In this document: positions 15,414 to 24,468 of the stretch, one piece after another
Layout: every line of letters starts with the position of its first letter
How positions within the stretch are numbered: position 1 is the stretch's first letter
From: a virus
Strand: one strand, 5' to 3'
DNA: 64,000 nucleotides
IMG/VR virus record: IMGVR_UViG_3300024261_000028
Coordinates: 1-64,000 of that record
The notes under the pieces: generated by a model
Told to the model about the DNA's origin: nothing
Databases searched by the model: none
Seen by the model: the letters and a program-made list of their open reading frames with translations, nothing else
Program-made: the position numbers and the translations under genes

Positions 15414-15698
15414 ATGTCAAAACAAAAGAAAAACATCAGCAATATTGCTGGTCTAAAAAATGGAGTTAACAGCTTCAACAAAAAGAAAGCAGTTAAATCT
15501 GCAAAAAAGTCTAATAGAAAAGCAACTAATAGACGATACACAGCAGGAAAGCCAACACTTTCCATAGCATACAACGGTATCGGACATGAGTTTGTATTCT
15601 CATTAGACCAACACGGTAAGGTAGGAACAAAGTTCCACGTAGATACTGAACAGATACTCAGTATTATGGGAGTGCCATTATTGGTATCTTCTACCTAG
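15414..15698 (+). CDS. hypothetical protein with basic N-terminus (94 aa)
   Basis: ORF track; Lys-rich N-terminal 45 aa followed by a beta-rich C-terminal part. Confidence 0.5.
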   Translation: MSKQKKNISNIAGLKNGVNSFNKKKAVKSAKKSNRKATNRRYTAGKPTLSIAYNGIGHEFVFSLDQHGKVGTKFHVDTEQILSIMGVPLLVSST

Positions 15699-15750
15699 AC
15701 CTTTTTTAATGAACAGAATTACTAAAATTAAGAGATTGTTGTTCACTCTA

Positions 15751-15774
15751 TTTAGTCAAATTTGTTTGACTAAA
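15751..15774. promoter_or_regulatory. perfect 10-bp inverted repeat (operator or terminator hairpin)
   Basis: TTTAGTCAAA-TTTG-TTTGACTAAA in the 107-nt gap between 15698 and 15806; a T6 run lies just upstream at about 15705. Confidence 0.45.
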
Positions 15775-15805
15775 GAAAGATCCATAACATCTCAAGGAGA
15801 GAAAT

Positions 15806-16180
15806 ATGGAGTTTGATGAAGAAAGAATCAATACTCAAGAAGAAAAAGTAAAAAAACTTGAAGCAAAGATAAAACATGAAGAAGAAGAAACAGAAAAACT
15901 ATCACAACTGTATAAATTTGACAGTTATAGATCAAGTATAGATGATTTAGTTCGTTCATCTGTGACTTGTTGTCAAAAAATAAGCTTGTATCAGAGTGCA
16001 GTTAGTCTTGACAACAGAGAGGAAAAGATAATAGATAATATGGTTCTTATCGAAGATGACATACGATTCTTGGAATCATGTATAAGTAGGTATGATGGTT
16101 GGAATATGCCAAAACACGTAAAATATCTTCAAAGGGCGATAGATCGTATTATGGAGGCGAAACACGTATGGGAGAAATAG
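15806..16180 (+). CDS. hypothetical coiled-coil protein (124 aa)
   Basis: ORF track; GGAG RBS upstream. Confidence 0.55.
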   Translation: MEFDEERINTQEEKVKKLEAKIKHEEEETEKLSQLYKFDSYRSSIDDLVRSSVTCCQKISLYQSAVSLDNREEKIIDNMVLIEDDIRFLESCISRYDGWNMPKHVKYLQRAIDRIMEAKHVWEK

Positions 16181-16221
16181 GGGTAATCTTACATTCCTTA
16201 TCCATAATACTTTCCTATCCT

Positions 16222-16467
16222 CTATTGAAGGTATTCCTCAGCCCATTGTATGGCAAAAATTAGGTCGTGTTCTTGGTATGGATCTATGTCAACGTGGTTA
16301 TATCTCTCTAGAATCCAATGTATGCACTCATGAGTGATTGTACTATATATATCCTCTATTGTTTCATGTCGTTGTAGATAGATAATAATTCTTCCCCCTC
16401 CTTCAAATAGTGTAACCCCATGTTCATTGGAATCACGATCATCATATGTTTTGAACTCCATTTCCAT
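16222..16467 (-). CDS. HExxH-motif mini-protein (81 aa), putative minimal zinc metallopeptidase
   Basis: ORF track; ITHECIHWILER; the only minus-strand gene inside the plus-strand block. Confidence 0.5.
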   Translation of the reverse strand: MEMEFKTYDDRDSNEHGVTLFEGGGRIIIYLQRHETIEDIYSTITHECIHWILERYNHVDIDPYQEHDLIFAIQWAEEYLQ

Positions 16468-16479
16468 ACATTTAAATAA

Positions 16480-16755
16480 GTGAAATTACCTTTAAAGATT
16501 ATGTCCTATTGGTCACGTTTCTGGGCTTGGTATAGTGATAAGATATTAGGCAGTATTATCCTAATAGCCATTATACAGTTCATACAAATTCCCCACATGA
16601 TATGGAACGCTGACCTCATGTTAGAAGTGGGGGTTATCTCACATGTCCACCCTGTTATAGATTGGCTATTATATGGAGTGGACTTGATTGAGATAGTCAG
16701 TATAGTTAATGTAGGCATGATAATGTATAGCCTATTGAGAAAAAGATTTAAATGA
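16480..16755 (+). CDS. small membrane protein (91 aa, 2-3 predicted TM segments)
   Basis: ORF track; long hydrophobic stretches; antisense ORF 16506..16799 rejected. Confidence 0.5.
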   Translation: MKLPLKIMSYWSRFWAWYSDKILGSIILIAIIQFIQIPHMIWNADLMLEVGVISHVHPVIDWLLYGVDLIEIVSIVNVGMIMYSLLRKRFK

Positions 16756-16925
16756 AATGTATAGTATGTACTTGTTTTATACCTAACATAGAGACACATT
16801 CAACTGATGATGAATGTAGAGTGTTTAAGGATATATGTGAACCATGTACGTGTAAAATAGCGTTAATTCCAGATTATCTAAGATCTACATCATCAAGATT
16901 GAATTATGGTAGATATTATGAATAA
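16752..16925 (+). CDS. zinc-ribbon mini-protein (57 aa), paralog of 17118..17288
   Basis: Own reading: MKCIVCTCFIPNIETHSTDDECRVFKDICEPCTCK...; ATGA overlap upstream. Confidence 0.5.
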   Translation: MKCIVCTCFIPNIETHSTDDECRVFKDICEPCTCKIALIPDYLRSTSSRLNYGRYYE

Positions 16926-17115
16926 ATATAAAATACAGCTATCAATGTACGGAACAGTAGCAGAAAGAGCTGATATTGTCATTGAAGCCAATTCAGAGAA
17001 GGAAGCCATGAAAAAAGCAATAAGACTATCAGAACAAGGATTGATTGGTTTTAGTCATAATGATGAAGCTGTAGATGGTTGGGAATATCAGGTAGAAGGT
17101 ATTGAAAAAACATAA
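16918..17115 (+). CDS. hypothetical protein (65 aa from ATG 16918; track start 16906)
   Basis: ORF track. Confidence 0.5.
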   Translation: MNKYKIQLSMYGTVAERADIVIEANSEKEAMKKAIRLSEQGLIGFSHNDEAVDGWEYQVEGIEKT

Positions 17116-17117
17116 CA

Positions 17118-17288
17118 ATGGAATGTTTAATCTGTGATACATTCATACCTAACATTAAGATATTGATGTCTCCTGTTAAAAGAGGATCAGGTTTGGTTTG
17201 GAAGAATGTATGTGAACCATGTTATACCAAATCTCAGATAATGAAACGATTTAAATGGTATAATAGAATTGACAATGATGAAGTGTAA
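17118..17288 (+). CDS. zinc-ribbon mini-protein (56 aa), paralog of 16752..16925
   Basis: Own reading: MECLICDTFIPNIKILMSPVKRGSGLVWKNVCEPCYTKSQ...; shares C(I/L)(V/I)C..FIPNI and CEPC with its paralog. Confidence 0.5.
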   Translation: MECLICDTFIPNIKILMSPVKRGSGLVWKNVCEPCYTKSQIMKRFKWYNRIDNDEV

Positions 17289-17332
17289 AAGGTGTTTTTA
17301 TTATAGTAGAAAAGAGGGGCTGTATTTGACTA

Positions 17333-17503
17333 ATGGAAACAGAAAATGAGATGTGTGATTGTGGGCATTTTGGTGGAAGATCCAATGCTAAACGACAACA
17401 CGAAAACAGAATTGAAATAGGACATGGTGCATGTAAAGAATGTCATTGTCCTCAATTCACATGGATAGGGTTTTGTGATGAGCAAGGAAAACTCAACACA
17501 TAA
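17333..17503 (+). CDS. Cys/His-rich mini-protein (56 aa)
   Basis: Own reading: METENEMCDCGHFGGRSNAKRQHENRIEIGHGACKECHCPQFTWIGFCDEQGKLNT. Confidence 0.45.
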   Translation: METENEMCDCGHFGGRSNAKRQHENRIEIGHGACKECHCPQFTWIGFCDEQGKLNT

Positions 17504-17518
17504 CCATTTTTTATAATC

Positions 17519-17644
17519 ATGCCAATAAAAATATGTTTAATATGCAGAATGAAATTTAATTCTAAACCAACATATCATGCTGTATGTTTTCCATGTAATG
17601 ATAAAAAAAAAATATTAGATCAGTTTTCCAATTATGAAACGTAA
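17519..17644 (+). CDS. zinc-ribbon mini-protein (41 aa)
   Basis: Own reading: MPIKICLICRMKFNSKPTYHAVCFPCNDKKKILDQFSNYET; overlapped by a further 32-aa CxxC mini-ORF at 17634..17732. Confidence 0.4.
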   Translation: MPIKICLICRMKFNSKPTYHAVCFPCNDKKKILDQFSNYET

Positions 17645-17737
17645 AGATTGTATGAAATGTGGAGCTAATGTCGTAGAGACAAAAAGCCAAAGCAGGATAT
17701 TAATTTGTGAAATCTGTGAATATATCCAATAATAATT

Positions 17738-17974
17738 ATGAAATGTACACAAACAATACATTATTGTAAAGCCGACAAAAATACAGGAAAACCTGTTGTT
17801 GTTACAGATGTAGCAAAAGGTTCTACAAAAAATGTCAAAAAATGGTATATGGATCTGTTTGATAAAGATGGATATCCTGTGCGAATAGAAGTGGAATTTA
17901 ACAATTCCAAAGGTAAAGCCAAAAGTAGTGGTGCCACTACGGTACTAAGGGTTATGGAAAACTCATGGGTTTAG
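17738..17974 (+). CDS. hypothetical protein (78 aa)
   Basis: ORF track; followed by a 31-aa CxxC mini-ORF at 17968..18063. Confidence 0.5.
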   Translation: MKCTQTIHYCKADKNTGKPVVVTDVAKGSTKNVKKWYMDLFDKDGYPVRIEVEFNNSKGKAKSSGATTVLRVMENSWV

Positions 17975-18116
17975 AGTTCTCAACTATTGTTCGAGTTGTT
18001 TGTCCTCATTGTGACGAAGAATTTGAAACTGAAGCAGATGTAGAATACGATCCTGAACCATAGTCAATTAAAACGGATTGAGGGAACCTAACCCACCGTA
18101 GATTGATTAGGTAGAG

Positions 18117-18124
18117 TTTATATT
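18117..18124 (+). promoter_or_regulatory. TATA-like box for gene 18147
   Basis: TTTATATT, 23-30 nt upstream of ATG 18147. Confidence 0.45.
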
Positions 18125-18146
18125 ACCCTTCTACCTTTATTTATAT

Positions 18147-18410
18147 ATGGTAGAAAAAGATAAAACTGAAATTAAAGCAGAAATAGATGAGAAAGAGTTA
18201 CCATCACCTAGATTTAACTTGGTTAATACCATGTTTGATGAGGTTGACGGTATGTTGGCAAAGTATGATGAATCAGATCATTTGACCATATTTGAAATGG
18301 AAATATTGTTAATGATGTTGAGAAAAAAGGTTGATCATATAGGAATTATGGCAGCTTTACAACCATCTGGACAAGAAGTGAAAGAAGCCGACCCTAATAT
18401 GTATAAATAG
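18147..18410 (+). CDS. hypothetical protein (87 aa)
   Basis: ORF track; last plus-strand gene before the convergence point at 18411..18432. Confidence 0.55.
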   Translation: MVEKDKTEIKAEIDEKELPSPRFNLVNTMFDEVDGMLAKYDESDHLTIFEMEILLMMLRKKVDHIGIMAALQPSGQEVKEADPNMYK

Positions 18411-18432
18411 GAGCTTCGGGGAGACTACGCAC

Positions 18433-18852
18433 TCATTCTAGATAATCGCGTAAAATATTTTTTAATTCAATTTCAGCTTTCTCTTTATTTTTTTCTTTAA
18501 ATGTTTGAGGACAGTCAGATTTCCATACGTCTACAACTATAACATTAGATTCCTCTAGTTCCAATCGTTGCCTGTCATCTATAATGGTGAATCGTTTAGT
18601 TTTATGCCTATCGTCTTGTACTCTTACTGCTATTGTTTTATATTGATCAAACACCACTATGTCTATTGTTTCTTTTTCTGCTCGTTCTCCCATTTCTAGT
18701 ATAAAATCTGGTGTTAATAACTGTCTTAATGGTACTTGTTTTGCTAGTATGGATTTGGGGTATAGATCTGCTAGTATTTTTAATGCTAGACGTTCCCCCT
18801 GACCGATTATTTCATCTGCTATGACAGCCACACTCTGTATTATTTGGTCCAC
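18433..18852 (-). CDS. putative endonuclease-fold protein (Vsr/DUF559-like, tentative)
   Basis: ORF track (GTG start); IDIVVFD...IAVRVQDDRHKTKRFTIIDDRQRLELEESNVIVV loosely resembles the D...EVDGxxH...DxxR pattern of DUF559 proteins. Confidence 0.35.
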   Translation of the reverse strand: MDQIIQSVAVIADEIIGQGERLALKILADLYPKSILAKQVPLRQLLTPDFILEMGERAEKETIDIVVFDQYKTIAVRVQDDRHKTKRFTIIDDRQRLELEESNVIVVDVWKSDCPQTFKEKNKEKAEIELKNILRDYLE

Positions 18853-19085
18853 AATTCATATGGTATTTGTATTCAATCATTTTTTTACACTTATCACACA
18901 TATGTGAAAAATCAAACTCTTTTAAATATTCCATCTGGTACTTGAACCCCTTATATCGGTTTTTTTGGATTGATATCTTTCAACGACTTTCTTGAAAGAC
19001 TCTACATCTTCATATTCAGCCATATAATTTCCTATTTCTTTAGCCTTTTTTCTGCAACTGCAGCAGTTATGATCTTTTTTTGTCA

Positions 19086-19463
19086 TCATATATATTCCCT
19101 TAATAATATCTTAGGTTTTTCTCTTATTTTAGTCTTTACATTTATTGATAACGCATGTAAATGATATCTCCTGCAAAAATCTATGATAGGCTGACTAGCT
19201 GGCCATGAATTTGTCTTGAATTGTAAAAATACAAGTTCTTGATGGTTGTTGAACCCCATTCCGTCAAACAGATTCCAGTAGTCTGTTGCCCTGTAATTTT
19301 TATCCTTGTTATATACAAAGTCCTTGTGTCTGCAGTGGGTCCTTAGGGTTATATCAGTGAATCCTAACTTAGTTAAATGTTCTATTGCTAGCTTGTTAGT
19401 GGCCCTCATCTTTACCCTGTTTTGGGATTTCTTTTTTGGTGTTACTGCCTTTGCTGCTGCCAT
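19086..19463 (-). CDS. putative PD-(D/E)XK nuclease / resolvase-like protein (tentative)
   Basis: ORF track; AIEHLTKLGF...LFDGMGF...ELVFLQFKT pattern (E...D...QxK); basic N-terminus; adjacent to RadA and MCM. Confidence 0.35.
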   Translation of the reverse strand: MAAAKAVTPKKKSQNRVKMRATNKLAIEHLTKLGFTDITLRTHCRHKDFVYNKDKNYRATDYWNLFDGMGFNNHQELVFLQFKTNSWPASQPIIDFCRRYHLHALSINVKTKIREKPKILLREYI

Positions 19464-19488
19464 ATATAATAATAAGAGGTCCCCCTAT

Positions 19489-20568
19489 TTAGGGATTATC
19501 TATGCCTTTATCAGTGAGTACAAACTCACAGTCGAACACTGCTTGTTTTGGAGAGTCTATTGCTGTGGCGTATCGTTTTTTTCCTGCTTTCTTAAAGTAT
19601 AGACGATATGTACTAGCATGACCCACTATGTTTCCTCCTACTGCATATGTTGGATCTCCATAGGCTTTTGCTGGATCTGTACCTACCTGGTTTGTCATTA
19701 GTACTGCTACATTGAAGAAATATGCCGAGTTCTTTAATACTCCTAGGAATTTTGCCAAGTTCTGTTGTCTTGATGCTAGAGTTCCCCTGCCGAGATATTC
19801 CTCTCTGAACTGACCTGTTGCACCATCTACAATGATTAGTTTGATTGACTCGTCCTCTACCAATCTTGTACTGAGATTCATCACTTCTTCTACAACAGTA
19901 TCTGTGTTAGGTGTGTGTATATATGATAGATATTCATCTATATATGAGTCCAACTCATCTTCTGTCATGTCTTCTCCATATCCTCTTGCCTTTATTATTT
20001 GGTGCAATCTTTCTGGGTCAAATGTGTCTTCACAATCTATCCATATTGCTTTCCATCTATGTTTAAACATTGCCTCTACTAGGGTTGAGTAGCAGAATTG
20101 TGTCTTACCTGATGCGAATGCTCCGAATACTTCTGTTAGTGCTTCTAATTCTATTCCTCCCCCTAACATCTCATCTAGTTCTGTATTACCACTTGGTATT
20201 TTTAACATATCTTTTCTATATTTTCTAAGTTCTGATATACTTAATTTGGGTGATCGTGTTCTCTTGTTATTCTCTAACACTTTTTTACATACGTTTAATA
20301 GATTATGCAGCCTACCCTCTTCCATATCCGTATATGTTCTGATCTCGTTACTACCCCTGATTAAAACATCATAGACCGTGGTGACTCCCACAAGTTCAAG
20401 TTTCTTATATGAAAGTTCACCAAGACCTGCACCACTCCCTACATAGTCTTTCAAATATATTGATGTCGGATTGTCCTTGTCCTGCTTTACTTTTTTTGTT
20501 TTTTTTGGTTTAATTATCTCTTGTACTTCTGTTGTTATTTCTTCATCTGTCATGTATCTATTACACAT
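19489..20568 (-). CDS. radA: RadA/Rad51-family recombinase
   Basis: Walker A GAFASGKTQFC, Walker B LIIVDG, N-terminal helix-hairpin-helix-like region, 359 aa. Confidence 0.85.
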   Translation of the reverse strand: MCNRYMTDEEITTEVQEIIKPKKTKKVKQDKDNPTSIYLKDYVGSGAGLGELSYKKLELVGVTTVYDVLIRGSNEIRTYTDMEEGRLHNLLNVCKKVLENNKRTRSPKLSISELRKYRKDMLKIPSGNTELDEMLGGGIELEALTEVFGAFASGKTQFCYSTLVEAMFKHRWKAIWIDCEDTFDPERLHQIIKARGYGEDMTEDELDSYIDEYLSYIHTPNTDTVVEEVMNLSTRLVEDESIKLIIVDGATGQFREEYLGRGTLASRQQNLAKFLGVLKNSAYFFNVAVLMTNQVGTDPAKAYGDPTYAVGGNIVGHASTYRLYFKKAGKKRYATAIDSPKQAVFDCEFVLTDKGIDNP

Positions 20569-20583
20569 ATCCCACTAATAAAC

Positions 20584-22575
20584 CTATTCGCTCCAACGAT
20601 ATCTACCGTTGGCACATTTTCTAATCAATCCTGAATTATATGTCTGTGAGAATTTATTCATACTTTGTTTTCTTTCCCAGTTAAATTCTAATTCCAATAA
20701 CTCATATAGATCTTTCTCATCTACATAACCCTTGTCGTTTTCACATTTTTTCCAGGCTTTAGTCCATTGCTGTTCCTTGTTTAACTTTTCTGATTTAACC
20801 AATGTTAATTGTGACCCTGTATCCTCCAACTCTTTACCAAATGAATGATAACTCTCTTTGAACAACTCATAAACTGCTACAACATCAGATTCATCTGCTT
20901 TTGTTTTGAACAGTAACTTTGCATATGACATTGCAAGTCTTCCTAATGATTCTAATGTTCTTGGTGTAACTGGTATACTGTTTTTTTCTTTTGATATATT
21001 CCTAAGTTTCTCATATATTTTTTTCAATTTAAATTGTGCTGATACAGTTAATTCAACATCCAATGTCTGAACATAATTTAGATATGATGTTAATTGTTTA
21101 CTAGTCATATATGTTTCCTTTTCTTCTGTTCCACTTCCAAAATCCTCCAGTACCTTATCTGCTTTTTTAGCGTCCATTATATTATCAACTTTATCCTTAA
21201 TCAAGAATATCAAGTCAAATCTAGTTAGTATAGGTGTAGGTAAGTCTATATTCTCCATCAAAGTTAAAGAGTCATCATAGTTTCCAAATCGGGGGTTGGC
21301 TGCTGCCAATGTTACGGCAATAGCTGGTAGACTGACATTTTTTCCAGCAACGGAACGACTCACCTTGCCTTGTTCCATGACCTCGTGCATTATCCCCATG
21401 TCATCCTTGTTCATTTTGTCAAACTCGTCTACTATTGCTACACCACGGTGGCTAAGAGGATAGGTTCCAGCTTGCAACACACTGGTTCCATTATCTCTCT
21501 TGACCATTCCTGCTGTGAGGCCTGCAGCAGTACTTCCCTTGCCCGTGGTAAACGTGCTTTTTTGTGTAACCTTTTCAACTTCCTCTAGTAGCATTGATTT
21601 TGCCATACCTGGATCACCTACAAGTAATGCATTTACCCATCCTCTTCTTCTCTCGTGTATTCTTCCTCTTTTACTTACAATAGATAATATCAATGCAAGT
21701 TTAATATTTCTATAACCAAATATATGTGGTGCAAATGATCCTATTAAATCGTCTATTAGAGAGTCATCTTCTCTATTCATCCATTCTTGTAGATCTTCAG
21801 GTTTTGGCATGATTAATTCAACATCATCTAAATCCTTTACAGTCAATATATCCATATATATGTCCTTTTGTTTACCTTTTGTGTCATAATCAACTCTAAA
21901 TATGGCTGTTATCTTTTTCTTTTGTCCCATATATGTGTGTCCTACATCTGTATCTATCAATTTTGCATCTATATCCACTGGTTGATTCTCAACTATTTCC
22001 TCTATTGGCTCTTGTAATACTATGTCTTGTACTAGTTGTGATACTGTAGAGCCCTCCTTTAATTCCATTTTTGCTCTTTTGCATGATGGGTTTAGACATA
22101 CTAATGGTTTTAATACCCTCCGACTGTCAGCATTTCCTCTCTCTTCACTATAACATAGAGGACATACAAACGTACCTGATATAGGGTATGCCTGTCTTCT
22201 AGCAACTGCTAGTATAACTGCATTGAATGTCAATGGCTTGTTCTCATGTTCTGTTGTTATTTTATGTAATAGTATGTTGCTGTCTTGTTTTATCTTTATT
22301 TTAATATGTGCAAAATGAAATGCTGCTATTTTTTTCCCTCTATGTATGGTGTCCAATGTATTCATAAGTGCTGCTGACGCAAGTTCAATTATGTCTAGTC
22401 CAAACTTTGCATAGAATGGTGCAATATATGGATGGTCCACGTCAAGGTAATATATACTATTGTCCTTCATTTTGAGGAGTTTTTCTTCATCCTTCCATCT
22501 TAATAGGACGGCCAGGTTGTTTGCCCATAATCGATCAGGGTAAACTTCATCTAATATTGGTTTAGTAAAAGGCAT
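20584..22575 (-). CDS. mcm: MCM replicative helicase (archaeal type)
   Basis: C4 zinc finger CPLCYSE...CLNPSCKR, Walker A GDPGMAKS, Walker B IVDEFDKM, arginine-finger motif TRFDLIF, C-terminal winged-helix-sized tail; 663 aa. Confidence 0.95.
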   Translation of the reverse strand: MPFTKPILDEVYPDRLWANNLAVLLRWKDEEKLLKMKDNSIYYLDVDHPYIAPFYAKFGLDIIELASAALMNTLDTIHRGKKIAAFHFAHIKIKIKQDSNILLHKITTEHENKPLTFNAVILAVARRQAYPISGTFVCPLCYSEERGNADSRRVLKPLVCLNPSCKRAKMELKEGSTVSQLVQDIVLQEPIEEIVENQPVDIDAKLIDTDVGHTYMGQKKKITAIFRVDYDTKGKQKDIYMDILTVKDLDDVELIMPKPEDLQEWMNREDDSLIDDLIGSFAPHIFGYRNIKLALILSIVSKRGRIHERRRGWVNALLVGDPGMAKSMLLEEVEKVTQKSTFTTGKGSTAAGLTAGMVKRDNGTSVLQAGTYPLSHRGVAIVDEFDKMNKDDMGIMHEVMEQGKVSRSVAGKNVSLPAIAVTLAAANPRFGNYDDSLTLMENIDLPTPILTRFDLIFLIKDKVDNIMDAKKADKVLEDFGSGTEEKETYMTSKQLTSYLNYVQTLDVELTVSAQFKLKKIYEKLRNISKEKNSIPVTPRTLESLGRLAMSYAKLLFKTKADESDVVAVYELFKESYHSFGKELEDTGSQLTLVKSEKLNKEQQWTKAWKKCENDKGYVDEKDLYELLELEFNWERKQSMNKFSQTYNSGLIRKCANGRYRWSE

Positions 22576-22850
22576 GATAAGTATATTATGTGAATTAGTA
22601 ATATAAACGTTTGAATAAAAAAAATATGAATAGGTTAACTAACTGTTTTAAAGTGTTTTACCTAGACGCCATGTTTTGCCGGCTCTATCGAGTTCTTTAG
22701 CGAAAACTGCTGCCTTCTCAATAGGCAGTACTATTGGTTGATCAGCACCATCTATATGGATATTAACCATCATAATATTTGTCATTGTAACATATTTACG
22801 TGAAAACCATATTTAACTGTATTGCTTAAAATATATAAATCGATTTATAA

Positions 22851-23660
22851 TTAACCGTGTTGATTAATATGCTGTTTATATGCATCAAATGTTACTGTCC
22901 ATGTACCTGGTTTTGATGTTTTTAGTTTGTTTCTTCTGTCAAACCATTGATCTACGCCATCTCTGATGCCAGTTGTAAAACATCCTGAATTCACCAATAT
23001 TTGGTCTTTTGTTGCCCATTTCTTCTTTTTATTATCATAATACAAGCAATCTGTTCTGAATCCCATAGGTTGATGTAGGTGGCCCATTTGATATACGTCA
23101 GCCTCTACATTGACTGTCAGATTCTCCAATGCCTTCTTTGCATCTCCTCCACCTGCTCCATGATTCACAAACAATGTCTTCTTCATGAGGGATTTACCAT
23201 GAAACCTTATGTCAAGACCTATGAATCCCTTTGATCCTAGGAATGTAGTACCATGCTGTCTGGTCCATCGCTTCATCTCCCCTTCTTCCATTACTCTACT
23301 GTTATATTCGTGGTTACCCCATTGTTCATACCATATCTTATCTATACCAAATTTAGTTTTAAATCTTTGATGTTCTTCAAATAATTCTCCCCAGAATTCA
23401 TCAAACCTATCCATCTGTTCGGATTTTGTTTGCATTCTAACTGACTCAAACTTGAATCGTGGATCTCCTGGTAAAATTAAATCCAACTGATCACCACCAA
23501 ATGATGTGAATCTATATGGATCATCCAGTATAGCAGATCTCCTTCTTTCTGCAAGAGAGTCAACAAAATTATCATTTCCCATATGAAAATCAGAAATGTT
23601 TTCCCATTTTACAATGGTGTCTATCTTGTCTAATTCAACAATAACATTTTTACTAAACAT
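22851..23660 (-). CDS. calcineurin-like metallophosphoesterase
   Basis: Motifs DFHMGN, GGDQLD, GNHEY, NHGAGGG, GHLH in canonical order. Confidence 0.85.
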   Translation of the reverse strand: MFSKNVIVELDKIDTIVKWENISDFHMGNDNFVDSLAERRRSAILDDPYRFTSFGGDQLDLILPGDPRFKFESVRMQTKSEQMDRFDEFWGELFEEHQRFKTKFGIDKIWYEQWGNHEYNSRVMEEGEMKRWTRQHGTTFLGSKGFIGLDIRFHGKSLMKKTLFVNHGAGGGDAKKALENLTVNVEADVYQMGHLHQPMGFRTDCLYYDNKKKKWATKDQILVNSGCFTTGIRDGVDQWFDRRNKLKTSKPGTWTVTFDAYKQHINQHG

Positions 23661-23666
23661 ATACTA

Positions 23667-23909
23667 TTATAACTTCTTTCCTATATATAAATCAATAGGT
23701 ATTTTATTAAAACTTTTGCGACCTGCATAAGGTGTATGGCGTACTGGTGAATTACAACACTTACAATTCATTGATGTAATTTTTTTATATACTCCATCCA
23801 TTGAAATAAATCTTTCACAGTTGGTACATCTCTTGTTTCCTATATACATAGAAACACCTGGTGCATATCTATGTGCTCTATATAATCTTTTACAAATTCC
23901 ATTACACAT
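23667..23909 (-). CDS. zinc-ribbon protein (80 aa)
   Basis: ORF track; CNGIC...CTNC...CKCCNSP. Confidence 0.5.
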   Translation of the reverse strand: MCNGICKRLYRAHRYAPGVSMYIGNKRCTNCERFISMDGVYKKITSMNCKCCNSPVRHTPYAGRKSFNKIPIDLYIGKKL

Positions 23910-23944
23910 AGTATATTATATGTCACAACCATTTATAAATGTAT

Positions 23945-24268
23945 CTAGCAAAGTCTGTATTCCAAAACTGTTGTTGATGCATGACACACGTCACAATATT
24001 TTGGTATTTCTTTGTATGGTCCTTGATAATGCCCTTTCTTACAAAAGAATCCTGTTATATCTACATCATATGTTTCTGGAAATAATTGAGGTCCGTCTTT
24101 ATTAAACAATTTTTTACTTTTAGATGCAGTCTTTTTTGAAAACTTTTTATTTGGACAGTCATGCCATTTGTCCTCCTTGTTCTTTAACCAATTCTTACCT
24201 GTCTTGGTCTTTGTCCAATTATATCCTACAAGAAATTCCTTACATATGGGACACTGAGTAACTGCCAT
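23945..24268 (-). CDS. zinc-ribbon protein (107 aa)
   Basis: ORF track; CPICKE...HDCPNKK...CDVCH. Confidence 0.5.
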   Translation of the reverse strand: MAVTQCPICKEFLVGYNWTKTKTGKNWLKNKEDKWHDCPNKKFSKKTASKSKKLFNKDGPQLFPETYDVDITGFFCKKGHYQGPYKEIPKYCDVCHASTTVLEYRLC

Positions 24269-24468
24269 ACATTATATTATATAAAACCATATTTAATTCT
24301 TTCTAAAATAAAAAAATAATCCTACTTTCGTAGGGATTCCCAAAAGGGTGATACCGTTTGAGCATATGTGGAAACGTATGATTTCCAAGATTCATAAGCA
24401 GAATCACATAGTTCAAGGTATGTTTTTGTTGTTGTTGCTATTGTCATATATTTAATATGTAAAAAGGA

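Noticed and set aside
18411-18432. UUCG-type terminator hairpin at the convergence point (GAGCTTCGGGGAG)
   Set aside because: The flanking bases are not complementary (GAGC versus GGGA), so no stable stem forms.
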